DNA of 64,000 bases from Eubacteriales bacterium (GCA_031553675.1 JAVBLF010000084.1:375-64374); one strand, 5' to 3'. Positions 21,096 through 30,286 are shown, counted from the stretch's first letter. Translations and numbers: made by a program. The notes: generated by a model from the letters alone, not told the origin.

Positions 21096-22742
21096 ATGAA
21101 GCAGACCACGGGCAAACCCAAAAAAACGTACCGCGTCAGTTGGACGTGGTATGTTCGCAGCGTCATCGTGATCATTTCGACCCTTTTGCTGCTGACCTAC
21201 CTCATCCTGTCGCAGTTTGCCAGCCTGGTGCTGATCCCTTTGAGCGAGGCGCAAAGCGGCGCGCCTGTCGCCGGCCTCACCGCGATCCAGAACGCCTTTT
21301 TCGACAGCGTGTGCAAGAGCGTGATCATCGTGATGGCAGTGGGGGTGTTCTGGTCCTTCTTCACCATGCAAAACTACCACATCGCCGTCAACAACCTGCT
21401 CGATATCTTTGGCATCGCGGCGCCCGAAACCCGTCTCAAAGCCCAGGCCTACTCGCGGGATGACCGGCTCGATTTTCTCGAAGCGTCGGTCAAGGGCATC
21501 CTCCAGACGAACCGCTACTACCAAACGCGCCTCGAACAGCAGCAAGAGGCGGTCCGCGAAAACTTTCTCATTCGGCTGATGCGCGGGCGATTGCGCGACA
21601 TTCCAACCGTGTACGAGTCGGCCGGTTCGCTTGGGATCGACCTGCGGGCCAGCGGGCTGCAAGTGCTGCTCTTCGTGATCGAGGACTCGGACACGGCCTC
21701 GCAGGACGACAACATGGACGCCGTTTACAGCATGCTCCGCGGCACCATCGAGGCGATGGTGCGCGAGGCATTTGTCGGCCATCTGGTCGAGATCGACGGC
21801 ATGATGGCCTGCCTGATCATGCCGCTGACCAGCGAGCGCCTCGACAGCGAATGGTCGGAACAGGAGATCGCACGCATCGCCCGCCTGACCCAGCAGATCG
21901 TCCGCGATCAGACAGGCTTTTCGCTGGGCGTCTCGGTCAGCCGGGTCAATCGGGGTATTTCCGGCGTCGAACAAGCCTTTTCCGAGTCGCTTGAGATCTA
22001 CCAATACGCACAGTTGATCGGCGACACGAACGCCGCCATCTTCTACGACCGCATGCAGCCCATTCACCTCTTTGACCGCGGGGACTACTTCTTTTTCGAA
22101 AAGGAACGCCAGTTCATCAACTGCATCGCTTCGGAGGACTACCGAAGCGCCAGCATCGTCTTCAACGAGATACTCGAAAGCGATTACATCCGCAACGCAA
22201 CCTCGCTCAAGCTCGCGAGCTGCCGGCTCTTCGGCCTCGTCAATTCCATGATGAACGCCATGGGCGAAATGCGCCTGACCATGGACGCCGATTTTTTCGA
22301 CAAGCTCGACCCGTCCGGCATCCTGCTGAACTGCAATTCGATCCCCGAGCTCAAGCAACAGGGCAAGGCCATCTTCGACAAGATCAACTACTACACCGAA
22401 TCGCAAAAGAAGCACAGCCCCTATGACAAGATGCTCCGCATCGTGGACTACCTCAAGGAAACTTACAGCAATCCCGACCTGAGCGTCTCATTGATCGCCG
22501 AGCATTTCGACATGCATCCGTCCTACCTGTCGCGCACCTTCAAGAAACTCATGGGCATCGGCCTGGCAGACTATCTCCAGCGCCTTCGCATCAAAGAGGC
22601 CAAGGAGCTGATGAAAGACAAGAAGCGCAGCGTGCGCGAGGTGTCGGAGATCGTCGGCTACAACAGCGTGCTGACCATGAACCGCGCGTTCAAAAAATAC
22701 GAAGGCACGACGCCCGGCAAGATCCGGCTCGAGAGCAACTGA
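21096..22742 (+). CDS. AraC family regulator with two N-terminal TM helices
   Basis: Two hydrophobic segments at the N-terminus. C-terminal YLSRTFKK...RIKEAKELM...VGY...RAFKKYEGTTPG. Confidence 0.88.
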   Translation: MKQTTGKPKKTYRVSWTWYVRSVIVIISTLLLLTYLILSQFASLVLIPLSEAQSGAPVAGLTAIQNAFFDSVCKSVIIVMAVGVFWSFFTMQNYHIAVNNLLDIFGIAAPETRLKAQAYSRDDRLDFLEASVKGILQTNRYYQTRLEQQQEAVRENFLIRLMRGRLRDIPTVYESAGSLGIDLRASGLQVLLFVIEDSDTASQDDNMDAVYSMLRGTIEAMVREAFVGHLVEIDGMMACLIMPLTSERLDSEWSEQEIARIARLTQQIVRDQTGFSLGVSVSRVNRGISGVEQAFSESLEIYQYAQLIGDTNAAIFYDRMQPIHLFDRGDYFFFEKERQFINCIASEDYRSASIVFNEILESDYIRNATSLKLASCRLFGLVNSMMNAMGEMRLTMDADFFDKLDPSGILLNCNSIPELKQQGKAIFDKINYYTESQKKHSPYDKMLRIVDYLKETYSNPDLSVSLIAEHFDMHPSYLSRTFKKLMGIGLADYLQRLRIKEAKELMKDKKRSVREVSEIVGYNSVLTMNRAFKKYEGTTPGKIRLESN

Positions 22743-22758
22743 GCGTCTGGCCACTAGC

Positions 22759-22784
22759 AAAAGCCCCCGCTCATGCGCGGGGGC
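22759..22784. terminator. Terminator between convergent AraC and DMT genes
   Basis: GCCCCCGC-TCATGC-GCGGGGGC hairpin, T run on the minus strand. Confidence 0.65.
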
Positions 22785-22815
22785 CGATTGCGCACGCTGG
22801 CGCGGAATGCGAGCC

Positions 22816-23868
22816 TTATTCAAGAGGCACGGCCGCAGGGGCCGCGGCGATGTCGGTGTCGGTGTTGCTTTCGCGAACGACGAGCACGGCGCCACCAAAG
22901 ACGATGAGGGAGCCGATCGCCGTCCCGATCGTCGGGAAGGTGAGGAAGGGCGGCAAACAGAGAAGCACTGTGATCCAGATGCCGTATGTGATGTTGAGCA
23001 CCTGTGCCGTCGCGACGCCGCTGTATTCCATCGCGTAGTACCAGCAGATGTAGGAGATGCCGCTACAGGTCGAGCCGAGGAAGAACATGAGCCAGATGAA
23101 GCCCTTGTTGCCGATCAGCCCGCCCAGGAAAGGATAGGTGGCGGCGTTGACGTCAAAGCTGGCGATGAGGTGGCCGATGTAGCCGAAGTTTTTCGTGCTG
23201 AGGGAAATCACGACGAGCAGGATGATGTAGACGCCGATCAGGAAAGTGCGGCGCAGGGTCGTCGTCACGCTCGAACTGATGTCGCCACGCATCATGTTGT
23301 AGCCGAAGCAGCCCTCCATGGCGTAGCCGATCGCGCAGACGAAGGCGATCATATAGACGAAAAACGGTACCTTGCCACCCGAAAGGCCGTACATGCTCGC
23401 CGAGCCCACGATGCAGATGATGATGCCGAGGAATTTAAGCTTGGTCAAGCGCTCCTTGAACCAGATGACGGCGACGATCGCGCCGATCGCCGGAAAGGAT
23501 GCCGAGATCGACCCCGCGACGGAGGGAGAATAGCTGCCAGCGATCGCGTAGGGCACGGCGCCCAGAAGACCGGAAAAGAGGGCTGCCGGCAGGATGCCGA
23601 ACGACGATTTGCTGCACAAGACTGACACGTATTCCTTCAAAAGTCCCTTTTTGGCCAGGTAAGCGAGTTCGACGATCATGGCCAGGATGCAGTCGCACAG
23701 CCCGATCACGAGCGCCGTCGTGATGATCAAAAGCCATCCGCCCGCCGAATCGATCGAGCCCTGGTCGCCTGCGAATAAGTTCAGAATGCTGTAGAGAAAG
23801 ATCGTGTAGACGCCCCAGGTCAGGCCGGACGCCAGACCGTAAAAGACGCCTCTCTTGTTCTTCAACAT
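22816..23868 (-). CDS. DMT/EamA superfamily transporter
   Basis: About 10 TM helices, two-repeat structure, WFKERL, YAMEG, LNITYGIW. Confidence 0.8.
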   Translation of the reverse strand: MLKNKRGVFYGLASGLTWGVYTIFLYSILNLFAGDQGSIDSAGGWLLIITTALVIGLCDCILAMIVELAYLAKKGLLKEYVSVLCSKSSFGILPAALFSGLLGAVPYAIAGSYSPSVAGSISASFPAIGAIVAVIWFKERLTKLKFLGIIICIVGSASMYGLSGGKVPFFVYMIAFVCAIGYAMEGCFGYNMMRGDISSSVTTTLRRTFLIGVYIILLVVISLSTKNFGYIGHLIASFDVNAATYPFLGGLIGNKGFIWLMFFLGSTCSGISYICWYYAMEYSGVATAQVLNITYGIWITVLLCLPPFLTFPTIGTAIGSLIVFGGAVLVVRESNTDTDIAAAPAAVPLE

Positions 23869-23907
23869 GGGGTTGGAACCTCCTTTCGCTCTGGATTGTT
23901 GTGGGAC

Positions 23908-23966
23908 AGATCGGTGAAGAGATGCATGCCTTCATTATAAAAAACGCGTCGAGGCCCGACAAGGCC
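23908..23966 (-). promoter_or_regulatory. Promoter plus conserved leader motif, copy 1 (shared with the mop promoter)
   Basis: Minus strand GGCC-TTGTCG-17-TATAAT-GA...CATCTCTTCACCGATCT. Confidence 0.65.
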
Positions 23967-24135
23967 GTTGTCGTGCATTTCCCTTCATTTTCTGCGTTTT
24001 CCTGGGAAATGTCACAAAACGATATCGCGCACAAGGAAAGTTGCTGCTTTCCGGCGGCGCACAGAAGGGTTGCGCGCCGAAGACGGCGAAGTAAAAAGGA
24101 CGCGCTTCGCGCGACGGTCGAAAGGGGGAGTTGCC

Positions 24136-25524
24136 TTGCAGCCATCGGCGAACATGCAAGACGTTCGCGACCGGCAAAACATGGTCCGTTACAACTGGGG
24201 CTTTCGTTTTGCGCTCTGGTGCGCCATCTTGTGGAGCATCGCTTACCAGGCGATCGGTTTGCTTTTCGACAAGGCGCCCTTTGCCCCGGACAGCCCCGTG
24301 CCCTTTTCGCCCTTCGATTCGGCGCTCGTGATCGGTGCCTTTACTGCCTTCACGATCACACTGATCGCGCTCATTTGGCTGGCAGCTCTCGGCAAATTCC
24401 GCGATATGATCCGCACGGTTCGATACATGCCGCGGATCGCGCTGCTCCACCTCGTTTGCGCATGCGTCGGCGGCATTGTCGCGTTTGGCACCTACATGGC
24501 GGCCGGTTTGGTCGATACCATTTTTGCCGTCGCTTCGGTCATGTTCTACCCGATCATCGGGAGCGCCCTCGCTCGCATGCTCTGCCGCGAATCGATCTCG
24601 CGCAAATGCATGCTCGGCATCGCCGTGATCGCGTCGAGTTGCCTGATGATCTACCTGCCGAACCTCTTTTCCGGCGGAAGCGGGGGGAAATGGGGCCTCT
24701 TGCTCGGTTTGTTGGCCGGCGTTGGATGGGGCATCGAAGGCGCGCTTATGGGGCGGGCGCTCGACTTCACCGACCCGGACGTCAGCATCGGGCTCCGCTT
24801 TTGTTGTGAGGCGATCCTCTGGGCGATCGGCCTTCTCGTACTGGTTATCACCAAGCCACAGGCGCCCGCTTTGGCCTGCGCCATGGCCCTTCGCACCGAG
24901 CCCGTGTCCGCGCTCTTGCTCTTCGTGTGCGCCCTCTGTCTCGCCTTCAACTATATGTCCTGGTACCGCAGTTTTACGCTGATCGGCGTTTGTCGCGGGC
25001 TTGCCGTCAGCGACGCGTCCTGCTTCATTTCGGCCGTGTGCAGCATGGTGCTTCTCCCGACGATGCCCGGCTGGTCGACCATACTCGCGTCGATCGCGAT
25101 GCTCGTTGGCGTTTTCATCATCTACTTGGAGGGTGAGAGCGAAGACGGCATCCTGCGTTCCGCCCCATCGATCGAGCGGTTTTGCGAGGAAAGGCTCCCT
25201 CTCTATCCGGCGTCGGCGGACATCCCCATCAAAGCCCGCGCGCTCCAAATCGTCGCCATGGATGGCCCGATATGGGATTACGACATCGTCGATCGCCTGA
25301 TGCGCGAATACGGTGCCCTGGACAAGCCCATCCGGATCCGGAACCAATTTCGGCTCTGGATCATCGAAGCGGGCTGCGCAGGTCTCATTCGCGCGATCGA
25401 CGACAAGCAGGACGACGGCACCCGCTTTTCCGAGGGCAAGCTGCTCTGCCGTTACCGCCTGACGGAATTCGGCTACCGACGCCTTGCCGCGGTCGGCTTG
25501 CTCCGCGCAGAAGAGGTAGATTGA
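24136..25524 (+). CDS. DMT transporter fused to a C-terminal ~100-aa soluble (winged-helix-like) domain
   Basis: About 10 TM helices (GWGIEG, WYRSF..IGVCRG) then hydrophilic PIKARAL...WDYDIVDRLMREYG...YRLTEFG. Start is TTG 24136 after SD GGGGAG, or ATG 24154. Confidence 0.75.
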   Translation: MQPSANMQDVRDRQNMVRYNWGFRFALWCAILWSIAYQAIGLLFDKAPFAPDSPVPFSPFDSALVIGAFTAFTITLIALIWLAALGKFRDMIRTVRYMPRIALLHLVCACVGGIVAFGTYMAAGLVDTIFAVASVMFYPIIGSALARMLCRESISRKCMLGIAVIASSCLMIYLPNLFSGGSGGKWGLLLGLLAGVGWGIEGALMGRALDFTDPDVSIGLRFCCEAILWAIGLLVLVITKPQAPALACAMALRTEPVSALLLFVCALCLAFNYMSWYRSFTLIGVCRGLAVSDASCFISAVCSMVLLPTMPGWSTILASIAMLVGVFIIYLEGESEDGILRSAPSIERFCEERLPLYPASADIPIKARALQIVAMDGPIWDYDIVDRLMREYGALDKPIRIRNQFRLWIIEAGCAGLIRAIDDKQDDGTRFSEGKLLCRYRLTEFGYRRLAAVGLLRAEEVD

Positions 25525-25525
25525 C

Positions 25526-25639
25526 ATGCTGCAACACTGGATCGACCTGACCTACTCGCCCGCGATCTGCATCCTGATCGCGTTTGCCTTGGGCGGCATT
25601 TGTGCCTACCAGAGCTTTCAATTCATCACAAAGCTCTAA
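25526..25639 (+). CDS. Putative 37-aa single-TM small protein
   Basis: MLQHWIDLTYSPAICILIAFALGGICAYQSFQFITKL*. SD AGAGGT, starts 1 nt after the DMT stop and ends before the terminator. Confidence 0.5.
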   Translation: MLQHWIDLTYSPAICILIAFALGGICAYQSFQFITKL

Positions 25640-25662
25640 GCATCTGCAATCATCGCAAAAAC

Positions 25663-25702
25663 AAAAAGAATCCCCGGCCCCGTGCCTCGGATTCTTTTTT
25701 TT
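25663..25702 (+). terminator. Rho-independent terminator
   Basis: AAAAAGAATCC...GGATTCTTTTTTTT. Confidence 0.75.
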
Positions 25703-25753
25703 GCACACTGGCGCACCGCGCGGCCGACAAAACCCAACCTTCACAGGTGGATA

Positions 25754-25829
25754 CATAGATACGATCGATGCAAGTCCAAAGGCGCATCGACAAAGCGAAT
25801 TTCGAAAAGATTCGGGGATGCGTTATACT
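25754..25829 (+). promoter_or_regulatory. yedF operon promoter with upstream LysR-type T-N11-A palindrome
   Basis: CATAGAT-ACG-ATCGATG (25754-25770), then TTCGAA-17-TATACT. Confidence 0.45.
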
Positions 25830-25857
25830 GAATGAATAGTAGAAGGGAGGGGTTCTC

Positions 25858-26457
25858 GTGATTCAGATCGACGCTTTGGGCGATGTCTGCCCGATTCCCG
25901 TCGTCAAAGCCAAAAAAGCCGTCCAAAAACTGAATGGCCCCGGAACGGTCGAAATCCTGGTCGACAACGAGATCGCCGTTCAGAATCTGCACAAAATGGC
26001 GGATCAGATGGGCTGCGCGTTTCAGTCCGAGACGATGGGCCCTGATCGGTTTCGCGTCACCGTCACGGCGGGAGAAAACGACGCAGTAGAAGGGGAACTG
26101 CCCCAAGCCACACCCGGGCTTCAAAACACCGTGGTGCTCATTTCGTCCGCTCGGATGGGCGAGGGCGATGACGACCTGGGCAAAGTGCTCATGAAGGGCT
26201 TTTTGTACGCCCTGGGCCAACAGGACAAACTGCCCCAAAGCATCCTGTTTTACAACGGCGGCGCGGCGCTTACCTGCGAGGAATCCCCCGCCCTGGAAGA
26301 CCTGCAATCCATGGAAGCCCGGGGCGTCGAGATCTTGACCTGCGGGACCTGCCTCAATCACTACGGCCTGTCCGATCGGCTCAAAGTAGGCGCGGTTAGC
26401 AACATGTACGTCATTGTGGAAAAGATGACGCAGGCCGGCCTGATCGTCAAGCCCTGA
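25858..26457 (+). CDS. yedF: Sulfurtransferase-like selenium metabolism protein YedF (TusA/SirA + DsrE-like)
   Basis: DALGDVCPIPVVKAKKA, VDNEIAVQNL, MGEGDDDLGKVLMKGF, CGTCL, SNMY. Confidence 0.88.
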   Translation: MIQIDALGDVCPIPVVKAKKAVQKLNGPGTVEILVDNEIAVQNLHKMADQMGCAFQSETMGPDRFRVTVTAGENDAVEGELPQATPGLQNTVVLISSARMGEGDDDLGKVLMKGFLYALGQQDKLPQSILFYNGGAALTCEESPALEDLQSMEARGVEILTCGTCLNHYGLSDRLKVGAVSNMYVIVEKMTQAGLIVKP

Positions 26458-26460
26458 CCC

Positions 26461-26697
26461 ATGCGAGACAAGAAAGCGACGCTCGTCGTCACCTTTTCCA
26501 GCACGATGGATGCGATGGCGTGGGAAAAGCGCTGCATTGAGCAAAAACTGCCCGGCAGGTTGATTCCGGTTCCGCGGGAGATCACGGCGGGTTGCGGCCT
26601 GGCCTGGAAAGCCCCGCCTGAAGAGGAAGCGCGCCTGACACAAGCGCTGCGCGAAGCCGGCCTGCAAGGGTCGTCGCTATGCGTGATCGACATTTGA
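26461..26697 (+). CDS. DUF3343 domain protein
   Basis: VTFSST.DAM..EK...GRLIPVPREITAGCGLAW. Confidence 0.85.
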   Translation: MRDKKATLVVTFSSTMDAMAWEKRCIEQKLPGRLIPVPREITAGCGLAWKAPPEEEARLTQALREAGLQGSSLCVIDI

Positions 26698-26711
26698 GAC
26701 ACGGATGAAAT

Positions 26712-27527
26712 ATGAAGCATTGTATCGGCATCGACATCGGCTCGACCAGCGCGAAGACGATCGTGTTGGACGCACATGGGAGCATCTTGCACCGTTTGAT
26801 GCAGCCCACCGGATGGAGCAGCGTTGACACGGCGATGGACATCCGCGCGAAACTGGCGGATCTAGGGGTCAGCGCCGAAACCTCGACGGTCGTCGCGACC
26901 GGCTATGGCCGCGTGTCCGTTCCCTACGCAGACCAGTGCGTGACGGAAATCACCTGCCACGGCAAGGGCGCTTACCACCTGCACGAAGCGCCTACACTGA
27001 CGGTGATCGACATCGGTGGCCAGGACACGAAGCTGATCACGACGGAAAACGGCGTTGTGACGGACTTCGTGATGAACGACAAGTGCTCGGCGGGCACGGG
27101 CCGCTTTTTGGAGATCATGGCCAACACGCTATCGCTGCGTCCCGAAGAGCTCTGCGCGCTGGCCGCCGACGGCGGCGGCGTTTCCATCAGTTCCATGTGC
27201 ACGGTGTTCGCGGAGTCAGAAGTCATCAGCCTGATCGGCCGCGGTGAGGCAAAACACAACATCGCGTTTGCGGTGGTCGATTCCATCGTGAAAAAAGTCA
27301 CCTCCCAGGCCAGCCGCCTGCGTGTGAACGGATCGCAGGTCTGCTTGACGGGCGGGCTTTGTGGTTTTGCCTACCTGCGCGACTCGCTGTCCCGCGCATT
27401 GCGCGTCACCGTGCAGGCCCACGAAGACGGACGATACGCCGGGGCCATCGGCGCTGCGCGTTGTGCGGCTGCCCTCCGCGATGCAGCGCCGAAGCGGGAA
27501 GGGGGATCCGATGATCTACTTGGATAA
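26712..27527 (+). CDS. BadF/BadG/HgdC-type ATPase electron activator (double-cubane protein reductase)
   Basis: GIDIGSTSAK, TGYGR, EITCH, DIGGQDTK, MNDKCSAGTGRFLE, SSMCTVFAESE. Confidence 0.9.
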   Translation: MKHCIGIDIGSTSAKTIVLDAHGSILHRLMQPTGWSSVDTAMDIRAKLADLGVSAETSTVVATGYGRVSVPYADQCVTEITCHGKGAYHLHEAPTLTVIDIGGQDTKLITTENGVVTDFVMNDKCSAGTGRFLEIMANTLSLRPEELCALAADGGGVSISSMCTVFAESEVISLIGRGEAKHNIAFAVVDSIVKKVTSQASRLRVNGSQVCLTGGLCGFAYLRDSLSRALRVTVQAHEDGRYAGAIGAARCAAALRDAAPKREGGSDDLLG

Positions 27528-28644
27528 CGCGGCGACCACGATGCGAAAACCGGCACAGGTGATCGAAGCCGTCGTCGTCGCCATGGGGCACATGGGCAAC
27601 GCGTCGCGGGGCGCGCACAGCGGTGCCTTGCACGCGACCCGAACCGTCTACGACGCGCGTGTCAAGCTGGCCGCGCTTTTTGGATGCAAGGCGACGCACG
27701 TGGTCTTCACGTCCAATGCGACCGAAGCGCTTAACATCGCCATCAATGGCATCGTGAATCCCGGCGATCACGTGATCAGCACCGACCTGGAGCACAATTC
27801 CGTCCTGCGCCCGCTCTACCGCCTGGAAGCGGAGCGGTCGATCGCGCTGAGCTTTGTGCCGGCGAACGATGAGGGCGCGCTCGACTACGGCGATTTTGAG
27901 CGCCTGATCCGCCCACAGACGCGGGCGATCGTCTGCACACACGCCTCCAACCTGACGGGCTACCAGCTCGATCTGGAGCGCGTGGGCGCGATCGCCCGGC
28001 GAAACGGCTTGTTGCTGATCGTCGATGCGTCGCAGACGGCGGGCGCCACCCCGATCGACATGGAGGCCATGCAGATCGACGCGCTATGCTTCACCGGCCA
28101 CAAGGGGCTCATGGGACCGCAGGGCACCGGCGGCCTGTGCATCCGGGAGGGTTTGGAGATCCGCCCTTGGAAAGTGGGCGGATCCGGTGTGCAGTCCTAC
28201 CACAAATCGCAGCCGGACGCCTATCCGACGCGTCTCGAAGCGGGCACGCTGAACGGGCACGGCATCGCCGGACTGTCGGCGGCGCTGGATTTCATCGCCG
28301 AAACGGGGATCGATGCGATCGGCCAGCATGAACGGGGCTTGATGCGACGCTTTTACGAAGGCGTTTCTTCCCTCGAAGGCGTGACGGTCTACGGCGATTT
28401 TTCCACCGACAACCGCGCGGCTATCGTCGCCCTGAACCTGCGCGGCTACGACTCCAGTGCGGTATCCGATGAATTGGCTGAGAACTACGGCATCGCGACC
28501 CGACCGGGCGCGCACTGTGCGCCTCGGATGCACACCGCCTTGCGCACCAGCGAACAAGGGGCGGTGCGCTTCAGCTTTTCGTGGTTCAACACAGCGGAAG
28601 AAGTAGACGCGGCGATCGACGCCGTGCGAGAACTGGCAAGATGA
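27511..28644 (+). CDS. Class V aminotransferase, cysteine desulfurase/selenocysteine lyase family
   Basis: IYLDNAATT, EHNSV, DASQTAG, TGHKG (PLP Lys), EAGT, RPGAHCAP (active Cys). Confidence 0.9.
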   Translation: MIYLDNAATTMRKPAQVIEAVVVAMGHMGNASRGAHSGALHATRTVYDARVKLAALFGCKATHVVFTSNATEALNIAINGIVNPGDHVISTDLEHNSVLRPLYRLEAERSIALSFVPANDEGALDYGDFERLIRPQTRAIVCTHASNLTGYQLDLERVGAIARRNGLLLIVDASQTAGATPIDMEAMQIDALCFTGHKGLMGPQGTGGLCIREGLEIRPWKVGGSGVQSYHKSQPDAYPTRLEAGTLNGHGIAGLSAALDFIAETGIDAIGQHERGLMRRFYEGVSSLEGVTVYGDFSTDNRAAIVALNLRGYDSSAVSDELAENYGIATRPGAHCAPRMHTALRTSEQGAVRFSFSWFNTAEEVDAAIDAVRELAR

Positions 28645-28658
28645 ACGAGGAGGACACG

Positions 28659-29933
28659 ATGTCAAATTACGTAAAAATGTGGGAAGATCTCGGAATGGAT
28701 CTGGAAAACCACGACCTCTTGTGCCAAGTGCTGCCGACCGCGGTCGGCGACGTGTTTCTGACACAGGAAAACCGCCCGAAAGCCATGGATTTTTGGGATC
28801 TGGTCATTTCGGAGGTTCACGGCATACGGCCTGCCGAGTTGATCGAAGAGCAGAAAAAGGGACGCAAAGTATTCGGGACCTTTTGCGTGTATGTGCCCGA
28901 TGAAGTGGTCCTCGCCGCAAACGGGATCGTGACCGGACTCTGCGGCGGTTCGCAGTTTTGGGTCGCCGACGGCGAGACAGTCTTGCCAAAAAGCACCTGC
29001 CCGCTGATCAAGGCCTCCGTGGGCGCACGTTTGGGCAAAACCTGTCCCTTCTTCCGCATCGCGGACATGTACGTCGGCGAAACCACCTGCGACGGCAAGA
29101 AAAAGGCTTACGAGATCCTGGGCGAAGACGTGCCGATCTACGTCATGGACGTACCCCAGATGAAGCGCGACAAGGACATCCTGAAGTGGAAGGACGAAAT
29201 TGCGGAATTTGCCGGCCAAGTCGAGACCTTCACTGGCAACGCGATCACGTCCGAAAAGCTGGCCGAAGCGATCCGCATCGTCAACGAAAAGCGCAAGGCG
29301 CTGGCCCGCGTCTACGAATGCCGCAAGTCGGAATGCCTGCCCATCTCCGGCCGCGACGCACTGCTCATGATGCAGATCTCCTTCTTCGACGATCCCGTCC
29401 GTTGCGCGCAGATGTGCAACAAACTGGCCGATGAGCTGGAACAGCGCATCGCGGACGGCGTGTCGGTCGTGCCTGTCGGAACGAAGCGCATCCTCATCAC
29501 GGGTACACCGCTGGCCGTGCCGAACTGGAAGCTCCACAACATCATCGAAACCAGTGGCGCGGCTGTGGTTTGCGAAGAAATGTGCACCGGTACCCGCTAT
29601 TTCGAAAACCTGGTGGATGAGAGCAAAAATTCGCTCGACGATCAGTACATGGCGTTGTCCGAGCGCTACATGAAGACGAATTGCGCCTGCTTCACGCCGA
29701 ATACGGGCCGCATCGACGACATCCTTCGCATGGTCGAAGAATACAAGGTGGACGGCGTGATCGATTGCAACCTGAAATTCTGCTGCCTTTACGACACCGA
29801 AAAGTACGCCGTTTCGCGCGCGCTGAAAGAAGCGGGCGTTCCCGTGCTCAGCCTGGAAACCGACTACGCCGACACCGACACGGAACAGCTTCGCACGAGA
29901 ATCGGCGCCTTCGTCGAGATGATGCATGCATAA
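28659..29933 (+). CDS. Double-cubane [8Fe-9S] cluster protein (2-hydroxyacyl-CoA dehydratase D-component family reductase)
   Basis: GTFCVYVP, GLCGG, TCPLIK, CPFF, ETTCDGKKK, EEMCTG, NCACF, KFCCLY, QLRTRIGAF. Confidence 0.82.
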   Translation: MSNYVKMWEDLGMDLENHDLLCQVLPTAVGDVFLTQENRPKAMDFWDLVISEVHGIRPAELIEEQKKGRKVFGTFCVYVPDEVVLAANGIVTGLCGGSQFWVADGETVLPKSTCPLIKASVGARLGKTCPFFRIADMYVGETTCDGKKKAYEILGEDVPIYVMDVPQMKRDKDILKWKDEIAEFAGQVETFTGNAITSEKLAEAIRIVNEKRKALARVYECRKSECLPISGRDALLMMQISFFDDPVRCAQMCNKLADELEQRIADGVSVVPVGTKRILITGTPLAVPNWKLHNIIETSGAAVVCEEMCTGTRYFENLVDESKNSLDDQYMALSERYMKTNCACFTPNTGRIDDILRMVEEYKVDGVIDCNLKFCCLYDTEKYAVSRALKEAGVPVLSLETDYADTDTEQLRTRIGAFVEMMHA

Positions 29934-30198
29934 CGAAGCGCACCGCCACTATATCCTCTTCGAGAATTACGAGCAGGGTATGGCGCTGCACGATTGGCTG
30001 TCCGAAGCGGGGATACCGAATCGCATTGCGCCCGCGCCGCGCGCCATCCAGGGAGAGCTGTCCTGCGGCATGTCCCTTTTGATCGAAGCGGAGCACTTGG
30101 AAGCGTGCCGGTCTTGCATCGAAACGCACCACGCTGCCTACCATGCGATCGTGGCGCTGACTGGGCAGCTCAAGTCGCAACGGGACCAATACTGCTGA
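29926..30198 (+). CDS. DUF3343 domain protein
   Basis: YILF.N...GM.L...RIAPAPR...SCGMSLL. Confidence 0.75.
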   Translation: MHNEAHRHYILFENYEQGMALHDWLSEAGIPNRIAPAPRAIQGELSCGMSLLIEAEHLEACRSCIETHHAAYHAIVALTGQLKSQRDQYC

Positions 30199-30256
30199 TG
30201 CCTGTCTGCCATCGAAGGGATCGTGCTCCCGCGAGATGAAACGCAATGCCGCGCGC

Positions 30257-30286
30257 AAAAGCACCACGAAGGCGTGGTGCTTTTTT
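30257..30286 (+). terminator. Rho-independent terminator of the yedF operon
   Basis: AAAAGCACCACG-AAGG-CGTGGTGCTTTTTT. Confidence 0.8.

Noticed and set aside
26455-26463. yedF TGA is in frame with the DUF3343 ATG (TGA-CCC-ATG): possible selenocysteine read-through fusion
   Set aside because: The TGA falls at the usual C-terminus of YedF, not at a Cys-equivalent position, and no convincing SECIS hairpin follows.
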